Shown here: positions 40,243 through 50,101 of the stretch, piece by piece
Numbering within the stretch: the first letter of the stretch is position 1
How the letters are laid out: every line of letters starts with the position of its first letter
DNA from: Laetmonice hystrix
Lineage: Eukaryota
NCBI GenBank assembly: GCA_965235115.1
Contig: OZ249436.1
Location: 10,912,001 to 10,976,000, forward strand
Length of the DNA stretch: 64,000 bases
Direction of reading: 5' to 3'
Notes under the pieces: model-generated
Told to the model about the DNA's origin: nothing
The model's input: the letters and a program-made list of their open reading frames with translations, nothing else
Database searches by the model: none
Program-made: the position numbers and the translations under genes

Positions 40243-40833
40243 CTGTGGAATGCTGGCAACAGTAGAGATGGTCCACGCTAGTGCCAACATGAGGCGCCCT
40301 CGACGGTCGGCATCATTAAGGCTCAGCGGATGAGTGATGGCAAAGTAACGGTCCAGCGAAATGGTGATTAGAATGGACGACGAAAGATAGAACCCAAAGA
40401 CGCGGAAAAACATGAGCAGACGACAAGCCGTGTCACCAGCCTGCCAGGATACAGTCAAATGCCAAGCAATTTCTAATGGTAGCATGACAAACGTTACAAT
40501 CATGTCCGCTACCGACAGGTGCATGATGAAAAGATTCACACGTGAGCGTCGCCTTCGGTTGCGAAACAAGATAATAAATACAGTCACATTCCCGAAAGCG
40601 GCAAAAACAAAGAGCACCGAATAGAGAATCACCGATATCAGAGTATCGTCCGTGAAAGTTAATTCTCTAGGTATTGAGAGTGTAGCTTCAGTGACTTCAA
40701 GGGATGTTTGGCAAGAAGTGCCAGTTACTCTTAACAAGTCGGTCGTGAAAACCTCCTCGATGCTGTCTCCTCGTCCTGTGCCAACGCCATTTCGAGTGAG
40801 GACAGGAAAACTACCAACATAAGTATTTTCCAT
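40243..40833 (-). CDS. GnRHR: GnRH/AKH/ACP-type neuropeptide GPCR, exon 1 of 6 (N-terminus to TM4)
   Basis: ATG at 40833 in ACAATGG context. Translation has TM1 GN (AAFGNVTV), TM2 HLSVAD, C-RLL (TM3), SLDRY and TM4 LAWTIS-SIPQ. 591 bp ending CAG|GTGGGT, phase 0. Confidence 0.95.
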
Positions 40834-40872
40834 TGTGTGGTAAGGTTCCTGTATGATCTCTGGCTGGACAAG

Positions 40873-40989
40873 TCAATATTTGCCAACGCCGCCTTCCACA
40901 TTCCCCGTGGCTTCTGGTGCCGCGCCTTCTGCGGTTGTCACTCTGTCGATCGACTCTGACGCCACCTGTGGTTCATGCCTGGAAGCCAT
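40873..40989 (-). CDS. upstream ORF (38 aa) in frame with the GPCR
   Basis: AAAATGG at 40989; MASRHEPQVASESIDRVTTAEGAAPEATGNVEGGVGKY then TGA (40875-40873). 40989-40833 = 156 nt = 52 codons, so it shares the receptor frame. Translation is not demonstrated. Confidence 0.45.
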   Translation of the reverse strand: MASRHEPQVASESIDRVTTAEGAAPEATGNVEGGVGKY

Positions 40990-41139
40990 TTTTACGACGT
41001 CGTCTGAAGTTGGCTACCTGCCAGCATCCTCCACGCGCGTGCACACGCAAGAGGTATATTTATAACACAAGAGAAGGTCTAGGAAGAAAGCATGCAAATG
41101 GGATGAAAAAACTATATATGGCCGTGCATGACTCCATGA

Positions 41140-41298
41140 CAGGGGCGGGGGGGGGGGGGGGACCCGGGTGTTAGATCTAAGGGGGAAAATGCTTGGGAGG
41201 TAGCATGATCAGTTCCAAAAGTATGGAGAAAAAGAAAAAAAATGGCTGGGGGGGGGGGGGCTTAACCCCAAACCCTCTCCCCTTTGCATCCGCCACTG
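41140..41298. mobile_element. short CAG(G/T)GGCGG-terminated MITE with 5-bp TSD, upstream of the GPCR
   Basis: CATGA|CAGGGGCGG...CCGCCACTG|CATGA. Confidence 0.6.
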
Positions 41299-41760
41299 CA
41301 TGATATATATTCTCGTTTCTTTCATGAGCCTGCGTGTGTGTTTAAAAACAAAATGGGGGAAGTGGAGGGTGGTTGTCTTTTACAAATGATTCAGACCTTG
41401 CACGCTGGGAACGCTACCAGTATCAAACACCAGTTAAAGCTATCATAAGCTATAAAGAAAGAGTATAGGCCTATAACAAGAACAGAATGTAGAATTATGG
41501 CACAGCTCTTTAAAATTCTTTGCAGTTTTACGTAGACGCGGGCGCAAGAATGCCTGGAACGTGAAGGTCCCTTTCCCCTTCCATTTTAGAAAGACATGTG
41601 AAGAATAGTTTTCAATTATATAGTAAACCATAATGTCATGTGTGAATCCTTATCTCTTAGAAATTCTGTAAAATCTACGCTCTATACCACAAACTCATTC
41701 CGACAATCTGCATATATGCAGCATGGATGTATAAGCTGGCCGCTTTAACATGTATTCCTA

Positions 41761-41960
41761 TTTGTCGATATCGACAATTAATTTTCGATATCGCTAATTT
41801 AATTTTCGATATCGCTATTTTAATTGTCGATATCGACAATTGAACTTCAATTAGCGATATCGCCAATTCATATAGCTATATCGAAAATTGAATTAGCGAT
41901 ATCGACAATTCAATTAGCGATATCGACATAGCGATAGCGATAGCGATAGGTATCGACAAT
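41761..41960. repeat. array of CGATATCG palindromes, about 20-bp spacing
   Basis: Repeated (T/G)CGATATCG(A/C) cores separated by AATT-rich spacers, in both orientations. Confidence 0.85.
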
Positions 41961-42026
41961 TCAGTTGGCCCTCTTAGATGTTTGAATGACATTGATTTAT
42001 AGGATAGCTATACGGTGGCTTAAATA

Positions 42027-42229
42027 TGCCATGATTTCATGTCGTCAGAGGTTTTTGTTTGCCCACAATAAAATGCGCACAAACAATATTTGTCAAACAA
42101 TATTCTTTGCGCACAAACCATTATTTCCTGGCGCGCAAAGAATATTTGTTTGCGCGCAAAGAATATTGTTTGTGGGCGCGCATTTTATTGCGGGCAAACG
42201 AAAACCTCTGACGCCATTAAATCATAGCA
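42027..42229. mobile_element. MITE with long imperfect TIRs
   Basis: TGCCATGATTTCATGTCGTCAGAGGTTTT..GCCCACAATAAAATGCGC matches the reverse complement of the right end; TA flanks. Confidence 0.65.
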
Positions 42230-45200
42230 TATACAAGCTAGCTGCAAGCCGGTCACCATAATTATAGACCAGATACCAGACAGGTGCACACGCATGGGCA
42301 CTAGTTCTATACCAGAAGCGACGACCTTTCCGTCATCTTTTTAAGATGGAACAACACAGCAGCATACCAATTAGCAGATGTGCTGTCCCTCTGTACTAAC
42401 AATTTATGGCGAGCTCAGGAGCAGAAGAGCAGGCACCAACAGGCCTCAGCTTGAGTCGTACCAACAAATATATGTGCCCATGAAACTGTTCGACATGGCA
42501 TCGGAAGAAGTCCGTATACTCGACCCTTGGCAACGTTCCACACGCTATGTCAATAGGGATCATCTTTCAATGTAGAAGAAACCTTTCATGTAGAAATCTT
42601 AGTTAGTGTCCACTTATCGTTTGTTTAACATTCTTCCCTCTGGCATGGTCCCTTCAAATAGTGAAATCGTCATCTAAGAATAATGGTGGTGTAACGTTAC
42701 TCTATATGTAGGGCCTAATCAAGAATGAAGACTGTATATATAGGATTACAAATTAGCTTTCGAATTTTACAATAATGATAAAAGGTAGGCATTTAATAAT
42801 TACCGTAAATATTAACGGCTGCCGTGCACGCTGTCAATTATCCTGTTTAAAAACCATAGGCCCCTATAATTTACGTAATGTTTCCCAAGAAACTCCAGCT
42901 GACAACATTTGTTTCTGACGTGTTTCTGACGATCTGGCTTTTTTCTTTAATTCTGCATGCAGTATTTTTTAATTGGAAAGGCAGACCCTATAGGAGTTGT
43001 TGCAATCAAACTGGAAATGAACCAAAGACAAAGACGAAAAGAGAAGAAGAAAATCCAACTATCTAAATATCCTTATCAATGGTGGACTCATTCGTGGGCG
43101 GGGTTTCGATTAGTATTTTACGGTTAAAATTTATTGTTCTTGCAACATCTTACGATTGCAAACGTAAAAGAATCAATCACCACATAATGGATAAGCCTAT
43201 ATATATCTAGGCTTATGTACCGTGACAGGGAATGATTTACTACACAAAATGTTTAGTGTTCCAGAGTTCGGAAATATGAGTTTAATTATGACATCATAGG
43301 AAACCATATGGGACCATGTAATCGGGACATTTATGAGAGGGTGGGAAAGAAAGGAATGGCTATAATAGAAATGACCAAAGTTCATTATAAGTTTGTAACC
43401 ACCTTGAAATACCCCTTCGGTTTACGGTTTTCCTTTAGCATTGTATAAGGTGTAAGGTTCAATGTGCCTTGAACCGCTTTGATTTTCGTCAAAATCAGTC
43501 ATGTTGGAAAATACTATCCAATGTTTCCAATGGCTGATTTTGGCTTTCGCTAAAACCTTTAATTTGATATAGGGGCCCATCAAGGAAGTCTGCCCTTTTG
43601 GAACCTTAGGTTCTATACAACAATAAAATATATAAAAGGACCTGTTCAATGTACCCCCTGTCCCTCTAATATTCGTCTGCAGTAAGGAACGGGCTACTAA
43701 ATTATATCCGTATACGGTATAGGCGTGTACGGTAGGTTTGCAATCCGAGAACCGCAGCGCCAATCGCTGTAGGTTCTTCTCCTCGAGGGAGAAATGAGAG
43801 TATGTACTGACCCTAGTATCTGTATTGGCCCCATGCCCTGTTCCTGAGGGGTCTGAAGAGGTCCTTCAGTTCATAAAGGCGGAAAGTACTTTCTAAGAAC
43901 AGTTTCCTATTACGTGACTTCTTTAAATGATTATTAGAGATGACTGTCGGCGTGCAAGTTCCTGCCTCTACCTGTTGGCTTCGTATACATATACATGTTC
44001 GTATACATACGTACGAAAAATTTAAGTATGGTACGGAAAATGTCTTGTTGAGACATTTTTCACAGTTGTGACATTTTTCGTTCCATCACGCTGTGTCTGA
44101 TTTCAAATTGATTCGCAGTGCTCGCTTCAAACTTCTCATACAGTGATATAATTATACATGTCTTATTTTTCCTGCGCATTTTCCATGCAGATATCATGAT
44201 TGTGTACAAATTTAAAATCCTACCGCTTTCATTGCTTGGCGGCAAATAACCCACACAGGAAATGTCCTGGGAATAGATCTGGATCTACCCGAGAGGCGAC
44301 ACTATGTCCCCACCGCGGCTGCGTTCGGGTGGGCTGTTCTTGACATTCCTGAACACTTCAGGAACATGTTCCTGATCATCCAAACAACAAAGAACATGCA
44401 CCTGAAACATGTTCTTCATAGCGCCATCCAAACAACGAGACTATATATCTTACTAAATGGCTGCAATGATGAATTGAAGAGGGAGGCTTTTTGGACCCAT
44501 CTGGACCCGCCTCTGTCAACTTTGCAAGCTAGCAGCGCTGTGATCGATCTGTCCCAGCGCCACAGCGGCTGTGTGACCACATAGACCAGGCCAACCCGCT
44601 CTTAAAGACCGACCCCGACTATAAAAGCCGTTGTCTCATCTAATACCTACCCCTATATAATAGCTACCCCCGGTAGGTATTATTTAGATAATAATAACCC
44701 CCCCCCCCCGTCACTATTATCTAGATAATAGGGACCCTCCCTATCTAACCCCCCCCCCCCCCTCCATGCATGTATACTCTGTTTTCCGATAGCAATATTA
44801 AATCAAAACACATTGATGGAGAAATCTAAAAGAGAACAAGGAGGTTTTGACGAAATAAAAAAAGGTAGGCTATGATGTTCTTAGACATTCAGGTGAATGA
44901 TAGAGATGAGAAAAAATGAGACTTTTCATCGGACTTATTTTGTGTGTGCTTAAAGGGACGGCAAATAATGCCACAATTACGTTGTCTGATTGAAGTAATT
45001 AACGTGTAAACGCCCGATGTGTGATGCCGCTGGTTCCTGCTTGTGTGTTCATCACCTCGGACGTTTACAAACGTTGCGACTCCAAACATCGTGTAGACAA
45101 GGTCTGTGAGCAGAGTAACACGTAATGTTACGCAATACGCCGCGATGTGCAGCATTCGGCTCTGATGAACACACAAGCAGGTCAATTTAAGAACCAGCGG

Positions 45201-45576
45201 CGTCACATATCAGGCGGTTACATTAATTAATATATTAATATTAATATTAATATATCATTTACATGTGTTATATATTTATCATTTACCATCTTATATGATG
45301 TAATGTCATAAGTATATATGTGGGGTTGTAGAGTCTCCCCGGTTGGGGATGATCGACGGGTTATTCAATAAAAGTAACCTACAACACTTTACATACATGT
45401 ATATGGCCTCTGAGTTTTGATTACATAAATAGAGTTGGCTTTGTGTAGCTAGTAGTCCATTCAAGATTAAAGAATTTGTTTACTTAGATCCAAATGTGCC
45501 TTGGACGCTTTTGTTGCTCATAATGTGAAGAACAACGTGATACCACTATCACAATTGTATACCCACCCGATCCCCT

Positions 45577-45713
45577 GTTTTCCCTCGGGAAACCATGCAT
45601 GGTTTTCCTCGGCAAACCATGGTTTCTCTAGGGAAACCATGGTTTCCCACCCGAAACTCTGCAGCTTTCCCTCGGGAAACCATGGTTTCCCTGAGGGAAA
45701 ACAATGTTTTCCC
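45577..45713. repeat. array of alternating palindromes TCCCTCGGGA and AAACCATGGTTT
   Basis: TCCCTCGGGA at 45581 and 45668; AAACCATGGTTT at 45614, 45634 and 45677. Confidence 0.8.
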
Positions 45714-47402
45714 AATTTACCCATTCCGCTTACCATACTCCTCACTATACTCTTTGGCCTCCCTGTAGCCTAGGGTACTGGCTGCAGTGTTTGGCTTCCC
45801 TGTAGTGTGGCGTCACTATACTGGTTGCCCTCACTGTAGGCCTACTGTACATAGCTGTTTGCTTGGGTAGGCCTACAAGGGCAGCCAGTAGGCCTACCAT
45901 GTAAAACATGGCCGAGTAATCTTAGACCTAATTAGCTGTTTGACAGTTTGAGCTCAGCTGCTTGCAGCAAAGATTATATGCTACTCCGATCATGACTGTA
46001 GCATAGTTGCCAACTCTACCGCTTTGGGCGGTAGAATACCGCTTTTTAAGCTCTGCGGTAGGCGGTAGGGCTCCGTGCTCCGCAGACCAGAAAAGCAGTG
46101 TGTAGGCCCTGACCCACAACGAAACTGTGGCGGGAACGGTCCCTCAACCCGGAACAGCTCTTCAGCCTTAGAGGAAGAAAGTGGGGGCTTACCATCCGGG
46201 CACCTGCCATGAGCCATTACATCTGTAGAACGCGAAATTTTGTTTGCGTAAATTTTTTAAGCCCGTAATATTCATCAATTAAGGTAAGCGATATGTATTT
46301 TGTCCTCCCACATCATACTCGGGTATTTAGTTTACACATGCGAGTCATGAATGACTCCGCTCAAAATCAGGTCACAGGGTGCAACAATTTTCGCGTAGCC
46401 GTAGGAGTCCAACCAATGCTTGCAGTTGCACTGTGTCGGTGTAGATCTGTGGTGTCACTAGCTGTCAGTGTGACAGTGTTAGGATTAGGCCAAAAGTCTG
46501 GAGGAGTATATGAGTTCTAGATTTCCTAGTAGTCCAAATTGGAAGTCTGAAAAATGGATTCATTATAAGGAAACGCATGCTAATAATTTGTTACTATTGC
46601 TTCAAGTTCAGTTGACCAGCGAACACTCCCAGAACAGAAGTGAACTGAACTGAAGCAGTGAAGGCTGAAGTCAGCCAAGGAGTGAACTGTCTGAAGCCCC
46701 TCCCCCTTCACTGCACCTCTGTCTAGATCTAGTTCTGCTTCTCCCTTTCTCAGCCCTCAATTGAATTGGCTGAAAGCTCAATAGCATGCATCAGTCTAAC
46801 CAAGTCAGGCTCTTCTAATAAATCCTCACTTATTTTATTATTTCCATTTTGTTTGCCAATTTTTATAGATCTAGATCTATTCTACTAATACTATTTCTAG
46901 ACTATCTGGACCTGTAGTGTAGGTAAACTTAAAGCCAAAAGGCTAAATTTATTGAACAATAAATTGACATTACATTACCATCTAGAGTCTTAATTCTCAT
47001 GTCAGCGTGATCTGTAATTGGGATTACATTTTAAATTTAAGGCCATAAATTAATACGCCAACATACAGGGTTCTAGCTAGGCCCTTTTGCTGTGACATTG
47101 ATACGTGACAAAATCACTAATAAGCTATAAAGCTGAGGATTCCTGCTTTCCACCCTCCTCACCTTAGAATGGAAGTTTGTTTTTCATTCAGATTGCACCA
47201 ATTAGTACATCCTTTTTTACCAAAACTTTGGAAACTCCAGACCCCCATAACATGCATCATATGACCATTTCAGCTGGTTACCCCCATGCTGACATTTTTT
47301 TAGCTAGAGCCCTGAACATACATGTAATGGTTATTTTAGGCGTCAATCTTATCAATTTAATTTATCACCATTTTTAGTTTTTTTGACGAAAACAAAGACG
47401 TG

Positions 47403-47699
47403 ATGGCGTCGCCTGAAGAAGGGCAACTGGCCATTGATGGGGAGGAGTCGCAAGACCACATAGACACTGAGTTGTCACAAGAAGAAGAACATTGTATGTC
47501 TCCACCAGATATCAAAACTGATGTTGAAACTGCTACTGATGCTGACATTCCAACCATTACAACTGTAGAATCTGACCCAGTACCAGATGAGGAACCAGAG
47601 ATTGACCTTGATACGACAGCCTCTGAGCCTGTGCGAATTCAACCACGCATGACATCACTCAGGCTTCAGACTCGTGGAGGAAGGATGCGAGCTGATCAG
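47403..47699 (+). CDS. pogo-DBD chimeric putative transcription factor, coding exon 1 (acidic, low complexity)
   Basis: ATG GCG TCG CCT...; MASPEEGQ...RMRADQ, 297 bp. Donor CAG|GTTAGG, phase 0. Confidence 0.8.
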
Positions 47700-47968
47700 G
47701 TTAGGCAGATCTGGTTTTTTTTGGGATTGTTTTTTTTAAAATCATTTTTTAATTTTTACTTATGAGCCTGCCAAGAGTTTTTATGGTACGGCTCATTAAG
47801 CCATTTCTAACCATGCCAATCTCTGGCCAATCTACAGTACAAAAAGACTCCTTCTGTTCACCAGGAACCAGTGTAATATTGAAGTTATACTTAACAGCAC
47901 AATGTTGTAGTCTTTAACCCAGTTTCATATAATTTAAGTCATTTGTCCTGGGTCGTTATGTTCATCAG

Positions 47969-48144
47969 GATCGTATTAAATCAATTCTGCGGGAGTCCAT
48001 CATCAACATGTGCAACTCGGGACTGTACTACCAGACAGAGATGCGAATAGAGGGATTGCTGGGTATCACTCTAGATAGAAGGGAAGTCATCCTTGTCAAC
48101 GTTCATGACATTGTAAGGACATCAGAATCTGATGATGACTACAG
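47969..48144 (+). CDS. pogo-DBD chimeric putative transcription factor, exon 2 (EGLLGITLD-motif domain)
   Basis: catcag|GAT; DRIKSILRESIINMCNSGLYYQTEMRIEGLLGITLDRREVILVNVHDIVRTSESDDDY. Donor AG|GTAAGG, 176 bp, phase 2. Missed by the ORF track. Confidence 0.85.
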
Positions 48145-48288
48145 GTAAGGACAGCCTCATAAACAAATTTTGTGAACACCAACTTTTATTTGAGCAGATC
48201 CATCCCATAATGATGAAGTGTGGTGAAAATGTTAGAATTTTCAAATTTTAAACAGATTATCATAACATGATACATTTCTCTGCTGCAG

Positions 48289-48670
48289 TACAAAGATTCC
48301 GTACACACCAACTGTTCACAAAAGGAAGATGACTCGTCCATGGAGAGTATCAGGCAGACAGTACTACAAGCGAGGTCCTAGAAGAGCACCAGTAATGGAT
48401 GACGAACCTGCCAGAAAAAAGGCTCGGGCCAGTGAAGATGGTGATGATGATATTGAAATTTTCACAGGAACAAGCAATTTCACCAGCAGAAACAACAATG
48501 AAGAAAACGAGAATGACAATGAAAACTCGCAGGAGAATACTTCAGGAGATCAAGGTTCCATTTCAAACATTGCCCAGGCAGTTGCCTGGTATGCATCTGT
48601 GGACGATGAAGCTAGACTCAGTGATGGCTCCCTTATCAATGATCATGTAAGGGGTCTAGTTGATGAAATG
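48289..48670 (+). CDS. pogo-DBD chimeric putative transcription factor, exon 3 (basic and acidic linker)
   Basis: ctgcag|T ACA completes the phase 2 codon; same frame as ORF 48329; contains EPARKKAR (NLS-like). Donor ATG|GTGAGC, 382 bp. Confidence 0.82.
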
Positions 48671-48943
48671 GTGAGCTGTTCCCCCATTCAGTGTAGTGTT
48701 TGTATATTAGAACTCGCATTTTAACATATTTGTTTATATTAGCTATTTCAATTGATGAGTTTCTAAAGGTATAATCACATTTAACTGAAGAAAGTTTTCC
48801 ATTAATTCTATGGACTAAGAATCATTCTGATAACTAACTGGTGTGGTAATACTTCTCGCCAGTGTATCAGTTGTCAAAGTAAGGTAACCTCAGAGAAGGT
48901 GTTGCTACAGTACAAAAATAAATGGTTTGTTTTTCTGTTGTAG

Positions 48944-50101
48944 GGTTTACCACTGCCTGATCCATTGACAACTCCAGAAAAAGCAGACATGATAAGGTTT
49001 ATCAATGAGCAGGTTGGGCGAGGCTATGCACGCAAGCAGGAGAAAAAGAAAAAAAGGGGAGAGTACAACAACTACACAGCTGAAATGCGGGCAAAGATTG
49101 GACAATATGCTGTAGAGCAGGGAATTGGTAAAGCAATGCGACATTTCAAGAATGTGTTTGGGCGCCCCATCAGTGAGAGCACAGTGCGGTGTATGAGAAA
49201 GGCGTACCTTGATGCCAAGAGGGAGACCCAGGCAGATGAAGTCGTTGTTCTACCGAAGAAAGATCGGGGGCGTCCGCTGATGCTGAAGGAGTACGATGGG
49301 GATGTGATGGAATACATTGATAACTTGCGGCGAAATGGAGCTCAAATTAACGTTCAGATTGTTATGGATGCTGCTCGGGGGGTGCTACTGCACAAAGACA
49401 AGGCAAAGTTGAAGGAATTTGGAGGCACCATCGAAATCACAAAAGCATGGGCCCAGTCCTTCATGGCCAGGAAAGGCTTACATGGGCTGGGACGGCGGCG
49501 ACGCAAGGCAGATGGACCCAAACCACCAAAAAAGAAGAAAAAGGACAATGTCGTCCATGATGCTAATAACCATCCTCAGCATCTCCAGCAGCAGCATCCG
49601 CAACAACCACAGCATCCTCAGCAACATCAACCTCAGCCCCTACAAGGACCCCAGCAAACACAGCAGCAGCAGCAGCAGCAGCAACAACCTCCACATCAAA
49701 CTCAGTCACTGTCCCAACACCCAACACCTGTCCACACACCTCACCCTCAGGATCACGAACAACACCTACACAACCTCGACGTGTGTACGCCACCTCCGGC
49801 CCACGACCAGCAACGTAACAATACCATGGTGTTTCCAGAGAGACAGATGCACCATGATCCCATGCATGACCACCGTAACACGATGGTTTTCCCTGACCGA
49901 GGTCAGCCACATCCAACCGACCACCATGGCATGCACGACCACAACTCCCGTATGGTGTTCCCTGAGAGACATCCCATGACAGGGGCACCAATGCAGGACC
50001 CTCACCACATGTTTTTTCCAGAAAGACTAAATTTGAATCCAGTACCAGCAGCACACTGTTCACTCTGGCCGTCACAAAACCTGCACCACAAAAACAACTG
50101 A
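48944..50101 (+). CDS. pogo-DBD chimeric putative transcription factor, exon 4: pogo/Tigger-type bipartite HTH plus Gln/His/Pro-rich tail
   Basis: ttgtag|GGT. KRGEYNNYTAEMRAKIGQYA..A.RHF..SESTVR (first HTH), RGRPL linker, YI..LR..G..IN..IV..AARG..GG.I.ITKAWAQSF..R (CENP-B/Tc5-type HTH). No DDE domain follows; instead KKKKK, polyQ and a His-rich tail, stop at 50099-50101. Total CDS 2013 bp = 670 aa. Confidence 0.88.
   Translation, partial: GLPLPDPLTTPEKADMIRFINEQVGRGYARKQEKKKKRGEYNNYTAEMRAKIGQYAVEQGIGKAMRHFKNVFGRPISESTVRCMRKAYLDAKRETQADEVVVLPKKDRGRPLMLKEYDGDVMEYIDNLRRNGAQINVQIVMDAARGVLLHKDKAKLKEFGGTIEITKAWAQSFMARKGLHGLGRRRRKADGPKPPKKKKKDNVVHDANNHPQHLQQQHPQQPQHPQQHQPQPLQGPQQTQQQQQQQQQPPHQTQSLSQHPTPVHTPHPQDHEQHLHNLDVCTPPPAHDQQRNNTMVFPERQMHHDPMHDHRNTMVFPDRGQPHPTDHHGMHDHNSRMVFPERHPMTGAPMQDPHHMFFPERLNLNPVPAAHCSLWPSQNLHHKNN

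Noticed and set aside
40873-40875. UGA as selenocysteine
   Set aside because: No SECIS-like hairpin recognised downstream of the receptor stop, and no redox-motif context.
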